This document shows positions 24,101 through 36,100 of a stretch of DNA of 64,000 nt, piece by piece. The stretch covers positions 3,286,001-3,350,000 of the forward strand of contig OY740827.1 of assembly GCA_963514005.1 (NCBI GenBank), written 5' to 3'. A program made the translations under genes and the position numbers. Numbering within the stretch: position 1 is the first letter of the stretch; every line of letters starts with the position of its first letter. The stretch comes from Raja brachyura. Its lineage: Eukaryota. The notes beneath the pieces were generated by a model. It searched no databases, was not told where the DNA came from, and saw nothing but the letters and a program-made list of their open reading frames with translations.

Positions 24101-27100
24101 ATTTAAATGTAAATGCAATGTATGATGTGGGAGAAGAGGGAATGATTGATGACGCACGGAGGGGAGGGTTGGAAGATTGGGAACCTCGGTACCCTGATTG
24201 GAAGGGGTCAAAGGGGAGGCGTCCGATCAATAAAGACTGTATAATGAATTGTATAAAAATAGACGTTTTTCCTTTGCTCGGTGCGTCTCAACTTGGAGAG
24301 GCACCCGATTCTGCAGACTCGCAAATAAAGCATTTCTTGTTTCCACGATTTACTCTCTGAGTAGTGATTGTGAGCACAAACTATATCTCACAAGAAGGCA
24401 GGAAAATGGGGCTAGGAGGGAGAGATAAATCAGCCATGACTGATGGCGGAGTAGATTTGGCCTTTCGGCCATCTAATTCTGCTCCTATCACTCATGACAT
24501 TTTGAGGGACGTGTCAGTGTGTGTCTACTCACATTCTACAGTGAGGGTCACATCCCTCTCTGCTGTCCCGTGTTCATTCTCCGCCACACACTGATAGATC
24601 CCAGCATCCTGCCGTGTCAGCTGAGGGAACTCCATCCACAGCTCGTTGCTGGAACGTGTTGTGTTCAGCGTGACACCGAGATGTCTCCACGTTAGGTTAG
24701 ACGCTGGGAAACTCTGGACGGAGCAGAGGATCGCTGCAGAGTTTCCTTCCTTTACAATGACCAGGGAACTGTTCGCGCCATTGTGGGAAGTGATTGAGAG
24801 ATTCCGTGGAGCATCTAAATACAAACAAAGGTTTAAACGAGTTCACACGACAGAATTCCACGTGTCAACCTGGACAGTACGGAGAGAAAAGATGAAGTAC
24901 GAATATGACCAACCTGAAGAAGGGTCTTGACCCGAAACGTCACCCATTCCTTCTCTCCAGAGATGCTGCCTGACCCACTGAGTTACTCCAGCTTTTTGTG
25001 TCTGTCTTCAGTTTAAACCAGCACCTGCAGTTCCTTCCAACACATTTTGTCTGTTCCACTGCGAAATCTCCTCAAGATATGTCTACTTTGAAGAAGTTCT
25101 CCCCCTCTTTCCGATGAGAAGTTGGAGTCATAGGGTGATAGTGTGGAAACAGGCCCTTCGGCCCAACTTGCCCACACTTGCCAACATGTCCCAGATACAC
25201 TAGTGCCACCTGCCCGCATTTGGCCAAAATCCCTCCAAACCTGTCCTATCCATGTACCTGTCTAACTATTTCTTAAATGCTGGGATAGTCCCTGCCTCAA
25301 CTATCTGCTCTGGCAGCTTGTTCCGTGCACCAACTTCCCTTTGTGTGAAAAAGTCACCCCTCAGGTTCTTATTAAATATTTTCCCCTTCACCTTGAACCT
25401 GTGTCCTCTGGTCCTCGATTCCCCTACTCTGGGCAAGAGACTCTACCCGATTTATTCCCCTCATGATCTATACGCCTCGATAAGGTTACCTCTCATCCTC
25501 CTGTGCTTCAAGAAATAGAGACCCAGCCTACTAAACCTCTCCCTATAGCTCAGACCCTCTAGTCCTGGCAACATCCTCGTAAAACCTTTCTGAACACTTT
25601 CAAGTTTGACAATATCTTTCCTACAACATGGTGCAGTTCTGCCTCATCCTCTCTCCCTGCTCCCCCTCTGTGATGCCACATGTTCTCCGATCTTACATTC
25701 ATTGTTCTTTATCTCTCGACATCATCATCTGTATCCATCGTTTACCTTATCCCTAACCAGTCTGAAGAAGGACCTCGACCCGAAACGTCGCCCGTTCCTT
25801 CTCTCCAGAGATGCTGCCTGTCCCGCTGAGTTAGTTCAGCTTTGTTGTGTCTATCTTCAGTACGAATGTAAGCTGGCCAATAATGTAAAAGAGGATAGCA
25901 AGAGTTTCTACGGACATATAAAGAGTAAAAAAAGAGGCAAGAGGGGATGTTGGGCCGCGGAGGAATGATGCAGGAGAAATCAAGAAATGGAAGAAGAATG
26001 GAATAACTTTTCTGCATCAGTCTTCACCGTGGAGGACACCAGCAGTGTGCCTGCAATCCGAGAGAGTCAGGGGTGGAAGTTAGTGGAGTGACGATTACTA
26101 AGGAGAAGGTGCTGGGAAAACTGAAAGGTCTGAGAGTGGATAGGGCATCTGGACTGGATGGGCTGTACCCCAGGGTTCTGAAGGAGGTGGCCTCAGAGAT
26201 TGTGGAGGCAGGAAAATGGGATTACGAGGCAGAGAGCCATGATTGAATTATGGAATGGCCTCGATGGGCCGAATGACCTAATTCTAAAACTTGTAATCTT
26301 GTAAACATGAACCACCTGTTTGAAGTCTAAAGGTAATCCTATATCACCTTCTCATTTAAACAATATACTGTATAAATATTCATGATAGACACAAAGTTCT
26401 GGAGTAACTCAGCGGGTCAGGCAGCATCTCTGTAGAACACAAATAAGTACAAAGTTCTGGAGTAACTCAGCGGGTCAGGCAGCATCTCTGTAGAACACAA
26501 ATAAGTACAAAGTTCTGGAGTAACTCAGCGGGTCAGGCAGCATCTCTAGAGAACGTTGATGGGTACAATGTGCTTAAATAACCCAGCGGGTCAGTCAGCA
26601 TCTGGAAAAAAGGAATAGTTGGCATTTTGCGTCGAGACCCTTCTTCAGACTGAGAGTCGAAGAGAGGGAAACGAGAGATATCGATGGCATAAGTAAATGA
26701 AAGATATGCAAAAGCAACGATGATTCGGAAAAACGTCGAGCCCACAATGGTCCATTGTTGGCTCTGGGGTAGGTGATAACGAGTTATAAAGGCAATGAAA
26801 CTCAAGAGGTCAACAGTAAACAACAGACCCTTGTCACCTACCCTTGTTCTCCAGGATTGGAGGCATGAGCTACAGGGAGAGGTTGGGGCAGGCTGGGACT
26901 CTATTCCTTGGAGGGCTGGCGGATGAGGGGTGATCTTATAGAGGTGATCAAAATTATTGTGAGGAATTGATTGGGTAGACGCACAGAGTCTCTTGCCCAG
27001 AGTAGGGGAATCGAGGACCAGAGGACATAGGTTTAAGAGAAGGGGGAAGATTTAATGGAACCCGAGGGGTAACATTTTTCCACACAAAGGGTGGTGGGTG

Positions 27101-30100
27101 TATGGAAGGAGCTGCCAGAGGAGGTAGTTGAGGCTGGGACTATCCCAGCGTTTAGGAAATAGTTCAACAAGTACATGGATAGGACAGGTTTGGAGGGATA
27201 TGGGCCAAATACAGGCATGTGGGACTAGTGTCGATGGGGCATGTTGGCTGGTTGACTCCATCTACATCTCACACTGCCTCGGCAAGGCCAGCAGAATAAT
27301 CAAGGACGAGTCGCATCCCGGCCACTCCCTCTTCTCCCCTCGGGCAAGAGGTACAGAAGTGTGAAAACGCACACCTCCAGATTCAGGGACAGGTTTTTCC
27401 CAGCTGTTATCAGGCAACTGAACAATTCTACCATAACCAGAGCGCAGTCCTGAATTACTTATGTGCTATTTTTGATAGGACTTTACTGGCTCTTGCTTGC
27501 ACTACACATTCTTTCACATTCTTACACATTGCACGTGACTTTCACTCTGAAGAAGGGTTCAACCCGAAACGTCACCCATTCTTTCTCTCCAAAAATGCTT
27601 CCTGTCCCGCTGAGTTACTCCAGCTTTTGGTGTTGATTTGATTAGTACGGGTGTCAGAGGTTATGGGGAGAAGGCACGAGAAAGGGGTTATGAGGGAGAG
27701 ATAGACCAGCCCTGATTGAAGGGCGGAGTAGATTTGTTGGGCCGAATGACCAAATTCTGCTCCTTCCACTTATGACCTTATGTATCAGCACTGCTAATAG
27801 ATTATTGTTGTTCCTGCACAATAAACGATCTCCGTACTTACATTGCACAGTCATTGTGAGGATCTGCTCCGATGAGACAGTTGGGTATCTGACTCTGCAG
27901 GTGAGGTTTTGCCCGTGATGTTTGAGCGCTGGGGTCAGGGACAGAACAGAAGTATATGTCAGAGTGTCTCCCCGCTGAGTTACGCTGCGTGAGGCTGACG
28001 TTGGTTCATCAGCGGGGGTGACCCAGGTTAAGGTGGGTGCCGTTCCATCACACGTGGTGTTGAAGATGCAGGTCACGGTCACAGGCTGACCTGCCACCAT
28101 TTCAGCAGGGAATATCGTGGGTTTATCTCTGAAATCTAACACACACAGAAACAGATACTGTTAGTTAAATATCACTGGATACATCGGTTCACATCGTAAT
28201 CCCAGTCCCACACGAGGAAGGATGTTTTTACAAGGTATAGAAGTGTGGAAACACACACCTCCAGATTATCAAGGACCAGTCTCTCCCCGGTCACTCCCTC
28301 TTCTTCCCTCTTCCACCGGGCAAAAGGTACAAAAGTGTGAAACCGCACACCTCCAGATGATATCAAGGACCAGTCTCACCCCCAGTAACTCCCTCTTCTC
28401 CCCTCTCCCATCGGGCAAGAGGTACAGAAGTGTGAAAACACACACCTCCAGATTCAGGGACAGTTTCTTCCCATCTGTTATCAGGCAACTGAACCATGCT
28501 ACCACAGCAGAGAGCAGTCCCAAACGACTATCTACCTCATTGGTGACCTTCAGACTATCCCTGATCAGACTATGTTGGCTTAATCTTGCACTAAACGTTA
28601 TTCCCTTATCCTGTAACTAATTATATGCACTGTAAACGGCTCAATTGTAATCATGTATTGTCTTTCCGCTGACTGGATAGCACGCAACAAAAACTTTCCA
28701 CTGTACCTCGGTACACGTGGCAATAAAATTAACTAACTAAACTAACCAAGGAGATACAATGGTCAGGGGAGGTTGAAAAGGTTGGGGATCAGTAATGTTA
28801 TGATGACCTGTGATCGGGAAGATGGGGACAGAGTTCTCCACTAAGGACAGTAAGGATAAGACAGTCATTGTTTAGTTTAGTTCAGGCTGTGTGAAGTGTA
28901 GATGGAGTCGATATTAGGAGTAGGTATGTTACAAAACTTACCTTTAGCGGCGCTGCACTTCTGCCGCTCCCCGTGTGCGCGACTTTCGCGCCTTGCAGAG
29001 GGGGGCGGGCTGAAAGTGCCGTTTTTCCACAGGCCTGGATAATCGATGAATGTCAGGCGATTTGGTTGCTGAAGAAAAATCGCTCCGACATTTCATCAAT
29101 GAAGGTTTTTTTAAATTACTCTAGATTATTTATTAACTAGAGTAATTTAAAAATCACCTTCAAAAGCCGTGACCGCAGACAACCGGAAGCATTTTGCGTA
29201 GGGAAGATAAAAAGGTAAATATTTTATTTTTATATTAAAAGTTGGTTTTTCGGGAGGCATTAATAATATTTTTATGTTGCGAAATGGGTTCCCCAAAAAA
29301 TGTATGAACCCCCAGTATTTTTCCCCCCGACTTCACCGCTAACCGCAACGTTCCAATCCACCGCATTCCGCTAAAACCCACTCGCTAGTTGATTTAAATG
29401 GCCATTAATTTACAGGCATAAAACACTAAATTCCTTCCATTTGGCCCAGAAATTCATGAAAATGAGATTTAAAAATTATGTTATATTGTGGATTATTGTG
29501 TGAATGTTATTTGGACACTTAGGCAATTTTAAAAAAGTTTATCTTTTCTTAAGAAATTGATAGATGTTTAGATCTACTCATTGAATTTTGTAATTAGCTA
29601 CAATTAGATAACTAACTAATTATATGCTTTAATTTCAGGTAATCCAAGTAAGATTGTTTAATATTTGTTTCAGAATGCTTCAATCTATAATAACTGAACA
29701 TTTCATTGAGCTCTCTTAATTTTTAAGAATGTTATGGACATTTAACTTTTCCAGATCACAGCTTTTGAGTGAAGTCAATTGAAAGGCAATGGGAAGCAAG
29801 ATGCTCATTTCCGAGTATGAAAATGGCCATAACTTTCTTAATACTGAAGATATGAAAGTAAATTAGGTGTCAAATTAAACTTCTTTTTATGCTTTATCTG
29901 ATGGGATAAATTGCAGACTTGATTTTTAAAATCTCAAAATTTTGTAACATTGCTATTAGGAGCATATATGGGCAATGAAAACCTGGTAATAACAGTGCAA
30001 AAACTGGAGGTGTCACAATGATCCAGAAATGAACCAGAAGGATCCTGATGCGGTGGTGTGTGTGTGTGAATAGGGAACGTGTACATTCCAAAGTCCGATC

Positions 30101-33100
30101 AAGGATCGTCTGAAGGTGACCAGTGAGGTTGATGGTAGTTCAGCACTGCTCTCTGGTTGTGGTAGAATCATTCAGTTTTCTGATAACAGCTGGGAAGAAA
30201 CTGTTGAGTGAATGAGTGAATTTTACCTCGGAGTCACGTGAGTGACTACGTGAAGAAGCCCCGCCTGGCGCATGATCGGCATTACGTCGACGCTGTCGGT
30301 AGGGAAAGAGCTGCAGAGCGCAGCTCCACCAGCGGTAAGGAACAGGCCCGCAGGTAAGTGAATTTATTTTACTTCCAGGGCAAATTAAACTCCATGACGC
30401 TGGCGTGCAAAGCCAGGAGGAGTTAAAAATAAAATGGAGAAAGGTCCGAAAAATTCATCGCGGGTAAAACGGGCGTCCCGGGGTGAAGAACAACAGGCGG
30501 GACGGCAGATTAGTGCGGAGCCAGTTCCGATGCCGGTGGCCGTTGATATACCCAATAGTGAGCCTTTGGTTGCTCCACAAGAAGCCACGGAGGAAATTCC
30601 AGTGACTAAGAAATGTAAAAGGGAATCTGAGAGGCCCGCGGTTTCTGATGACTCTGATATGGAAAGTCGTCCAGATAGAAAAGCTTTATGGCTAAGAATG
30701 GATCAAATGGAGAAGATACTCCAAACAATCATCAACCAAGGGTCTAAAAACCCAGAATATTCCCAGGCAGGCCCTGAGGGGTTTCCATATCATGAATATG
30801 GTGCCATATCAAATTGGGAATTTGAAACTACAGAGCCTGGGATTGGGATGGAGGAAGTCTCCTTTGAGCAAGTCTCAGGAGTACCAGGACAGCAAGAGAC
30901 TGATCCTGAAGGTGGTGATTTGGGTCACGAGTGCCTACCACAATACAAAAATATTATTCCAGGTGTGCCTGATGTGGCACAATGTTTAGCTACACCTGAA
31001 GGAAGCGGTGAGGCCATGGAAGAAAACCTGGTGGCCAACATTAATTATTTGGTCTCTCACCAGCTTCAGGAAGGTGTTATGGTTGAAACAGCAGAATTAT
31101 ATAAAACACCTGTTAATTGTGCCTCACTGAGGGTACCTACCGTGAATCCGACTATTTGGACGCCCATGTCTTCAATTATGCGGGCGTAGGAAATACAATT
31201 TCAAAGAGTCCTCAAACTGATTTTGGCTGGCATCACTGCTTTTGGGAAGCAAGTTGAAGGTTGTGGTATGACCAAAGTTCAAAAAGATATGTTGGCATTG
31301 TTCTGTAATTCATTTTTTGAGCTCAATTGTATGAGGAAAATTGCCATTCGGCCCATTTTGCACCCGAGATTTGCAGGTCTGTGTAGATCAAGCAATGTTC
31401 AATCTCCTGGTTATCTGTTCGGAGAAAATCTGTCTAAACAAATTAAAGATATTGATGAAGAGGCAAAGACTATCAGCCTCATGAAACCCTTCATTTTTGG
31501 CCAAAGAAGGTCTGGTCATATGAGAAGGGGATTTGATTTTGGAGCTGGAACAAGCAGAGGCAGGAGTATGGTGAGGAAGTATTACCATCCAGCACAGCCG
31601 AATGTTCACCCATATGTTGGGAGAAGGAGACCATCACGTGCGTTTGGAGAGGTACAAAAACTTTATCCTATCACAGAAGAATCTTTGGATGAACCTCAGA
31701 TTGGACTGCATAGCATCTGTGTTAAAGAAGGAACTGCAGATGCTGGAGAATCGAGGGTTACACAAAAAGCTGGAGAAACTCAGCGGGTGCAGCAGCATCT
31801 AAGGAGCGATTTGAAGAAGGTCTCGACCCGAAACATCGCCTATCTCCTTCGCTCCTTAGATGCTGCTGCACCCGCTGAGTTTCTCCAGCTTTTTGTGTAA
31901 CCCTGCATAACATCTGACCAGTTTATATTAGATACGGTGTCAGGATCAACAATTCAATTTCTAGAAGGTATTGATCCACTGGAACAGAATAAACCTAATC
32001 ATATTTTGATGTTTTCTGCATCTGAAAAATCTCAAATTGAAGAAGAGGTAAAAAAATTGTTTAAAAAAGGAGTTATTGAGAAATCAGTTGAGGATCCACA
32101 ACAATTTGTATCAAATATTTTTCCCAGACCTAAGAAAGATGGGGGTTGTAGAATCATTCTGGACCTCACACATTTTAATACATATGAATTTGTTAATCTG
32201 CAGGTTCTGACCAGACCATTGCAAGGGCTTGGACTGTCGGATAGGACCATGGATGTTATAGCTGCAGCTTGGAGAAATAGCACTAAAAAACAATGGGTTT
32301 CTGTAGTCAGTCAAAGATATCATACTGTGGAACATTCTCAATCCACCACTGTAATTCTGATAAAGCTTCCTTTGGCAATTGCATGGGCCTATCAAAATGA
32401 CCTGCTCGCTCTATAAGTGCTTGTGTTTTTGCCCTTTGGAGATTTTGGAAATGCAGTGGACCAAATTCTACTGCAGGAAATGCTGCTACTAACTTACCAA
32501 TAACCTTAGCTAATTCTCGGATGGAGGGATAAGGTTTGTGAATAAGGCAACAACATACATTTGTAATATCAACAACTTTGTCTACTGGTAAAGTTACTAA
32601 CATGGTAACTGAATTAATCACAAACCCCAAATATTCAATTGTTTGGGATGGCTGTAGCTTAGATTTTGTTGGATGGATCAGGAAACCTAGCCTTTCAAAC
32701 AGACATGTAGTTGCTGAAACTGATTTTTCAGCTGACTCCTGATTAGCATTGACAATTAAAATGTCATCAAGATAAGCCATAACAATGTGTTTTTGTGCCC
32801 TTAGCAGTGCAGGCGCCGGTTTCAACAATTTTGTGAACAGCTTAGGAGCTGAACTTAATCCATTAGGTAGTGCTTTATATTGCCACAGCTGTCCCATCCA
32901 ATTAAATTTAAAGTACCTGCGAAAATGACGATGAATTGGTACTGAATAATATGCATTCAAATCTATAGTAGCCATGTAGCAACCTGTTGATACCAACTGC
33001 ATTGCAGTGTTGAAGGTATCCATTTTGAAATGTTTATACTGGACAAATGTATTGTCAATTGGTATGGATTACCGGACATTGATCTGTTTACGTCTAGATT

Positions 33101-36100
33101 AAATCACCAATTGCCCAAATACGTGTCTTGGGAGCACGACCCAGGAGCAGTAGCGGTGGATGCATTCTCACTACATTGGGGGAATATGTTCTTTTCTGCT
33201 TTTCCCCCATTCTGCCTGATTGGGCAATGTCTTATGAAAATAGCGCAAGACTCTGCCACGGGCGTTTTGGCGGTTCCAAATTGGCCTACACAGTCATGGT
33301 TCCCATTGATGCTTAGAATGATTATTGAATCATTTATGACAATTCCTAGTTGCAGTGATTTGTTGGTACAACCAGTAACAAAATAAATTCATCCATTGCA
33401 TGATCATATGAATTTGTTAATCTGCAGGTTCTGACCAGACCACTGCAAGGGCTTGGACTGTCGGATAGGACCATGGATGTTATAGCTGCAGCTTGGAGAA
33501 TTAGCACTAAAAAACAATATATGTCGCATATAAGGAAATGGGAAGTCTTGTGTAGACAGTCAAAGATATCTTATCATACTGCGAACATATCAAATGTATT
33601 GCAGTTCCTTGCTGGGTTACATTTTGATCAGCACTTAAGTTATAGTGCCATTAATAGTGCTCGTAGTGCTTTGTCATCCTACTTAGGACAAATTTCTGAC
33701 CGAGAATCAATCGGGTCTCATCCATTAATATCCCGGTTTATGAAAGGATTTTTTTAATAAAAATCCTCCCAAACCCAGACATACAGAAATTTGGGATGTT
33801 AGCATTGTTCTTACTTTGCTTAGGCAATGGGCTCCAATTACGTCAATGCCTTTGCAGAAGTTAACATTTAAGGTAGTAATGCTAATGGCATTAGAGTCAG
33901 CACAAAGAGTACAAACATTGCAAATGTTACGTTTAGATTGGATGCATGTGGCTTCAGATAACATTGTTTTTTATGTTTATGATCTAATCAAACAAAGCAG
34001 ACCAGGGAAAACTGGAACCAAGGTAATGTTTAAAGCATACCCTGTCGATCAAACATTGTGTGTAGTTAAGCATTTGACTCAATATATTGAAGTAACCAAG
34101 AGTCTCTGGGGTGGTGAGACAGCGTTACTGATTACGCACAAAAAACGCATTAAAAAGTTTCAGTTCAAACCATTTCTAGATGGTTAAAACAGGTTTTGGA
34201 TTTAGCAGTAGAGACTGATGTGTTTAAATCTCACTCCACTAGGGCTGCAGCTACGTCCGCGGCGAAGGTACAGGACATACCACTCGATCAAATTTTAGAG
34301 GCCGCAGGGTGGTGTAAAGAAGAAACTTCTTCAAAGTTCTACGATAAACCTGTTGTCACGGTGCCAGGGTTTGGACATGCAGTGTTGGGTTTTCTTTGAA
34401 TGTTTGCTTTGTTTTATATTATCGATTTATATTATCGATTTATGTTATCACTTTATATCATTATCACTTTTGTTGTAAACTTTCCCCTGGGATAGAGGGG
34501 TTATTAATTTTTGTTCTTTTATGATTAAAATACATTACATAAACAGAAACAATGTTTTAAAAATATATTATTTACTCACTACTGTGTTGACTGAACCAGA
34601 GTTCAGTATGGAATGAATCTGCGACATAAAAAACAGAGCTTTAAAATTTTCACGTAGTCACTCACGTGACTCTGAAGTAAAATAGTAAGATTAAACGAGA
34701 ACTTACCTGTTCGAAGTTTGATCTTTATTTTTTGAGGAATTACGATGTGGGATTACGTGCCCTCCGCTCGGAACCCTCATAATATAAATGACCATCTGGT
34801 AGTTCTAGTCTATGTAAGCCTTACTATCTTACTCCGGCTATTGGTTCTGTGTTTTTCATGCCGCTGCTTTGAAGTATGTCGATCAAGCGCCAGGCGGGGC
34901 TTCTTCACATAATCCCTCATCGTAACTCCTCATAAAATAAAAATCAAACTTTGAACAGGTAAGTTCTCGTTTAATCTTACTATTATATAGAGCACTTACC
35001 AGTAACATGGAGCCGTGTTACAGGGTAGTAGTTGTAACGCCATTCGCCAGTGAATTCAACTCTGAAAAAATAAGGACCTGCATCTTGCTGTGTGACGTTA
35101 TCTATAACCAGGGAACAGTCGTTGTGTCTCAGGATTCCTGACAGCCGGGTCCGATGCTGAAACGTTGTTGATTCTCGACTGGAATTCCCGGAGTGGAAGG
35201 CTGCAGAATCTTCATTGTTCTGAGTCTCACTGTTAAACCAGATTCCAGTCCGTGGTTCATTGTTCAGATGCGATGGGTACCTGTAGTGACACGGAATCCG
35301 TGCACACAAACCATTCTGCGCTGTCACATCTTGTGGATTGTCCGCACTCCACTGTCCCGACACCACGGCTGAGGACAGAAGGAACAATCTTTAGCAGTGA
35401 ACACCCTGTCAGTTCACTGGACTCACTTTCCCCACCTTTTATCCTGCGCTGTGGACCTGGTGTGTACAGAGCGTAGAAGGGCGGCATGGTGGTGTAGCGG
35501 TGGAGCCTCCTCCTCACCGTCCCTCCCAGTGTGTCACTCCCTCCTCACCGCCCCTCCCACAGTGTGTCACTCCCTCCTCACCGCCCCTCCCACAGTGTGT
35601 CACTCCCTCCTCACTGCCACTCCCAGTGTGTCACTCCCTCCTCACCGCCCCTCCTGCAGTGCGTTACTCCCAGGAACCAGTAGAACATCCCTTGTAGCCA
35701 GGGTCTAGAGGGCAAGGTGCACCGTCACTCCACCTAGGGTCCATAGGGAGAGGAGTGACTCTGCTGTCAGCGAATGAAGGACTAGTGATGGGATCTAGGG
35801 TGTATGCAGGGCCGAAAATGGCCTGGTTGGGTTTCTCCTAGGCCTGGCCAAGCTGGCCATCCGCAGGTCACGGCGCTAGGCGGAAGAGGGCTTTGCCCGA
35901 GCCAGTTGGTTGCATCATTACCAGGGTTACATCCGCGCCTGGGTGGTGTTAGAGAGGGACATGGTTATATAGTGGTTTATTAGTTTATCTGTAGCATAGT
36001 TGTTTGGAAATTTAGTGTCTGAATAATTTGGTGATTTTGTAAAATGGTGGAGGGTGTGTCACCATGTTTTTTTTTCCGTTTTTATATCGTGATCGTAATT

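Larger units (their letters stand above)
30221..34984 (+). mobile_element. DIRS retrotransposon with both termini and ICR, internally rearranged
   Basis: Left terminal repeat at 30221. Inverted right repeat at 34877-34908 with a 3' extension. The ICR at 34651-34758 is complementary to both outer ends. gag, RT, methyltransferase and YR remnants lie inside. Confidence 0.93.

Noticed and set aside
33030-33386. Phage/bacterial-type adenine methyltransferase as horizontal transfer or contamination
   Set aside because: It is the normal MT domain of DIRS elements, positioned between RT and YR.
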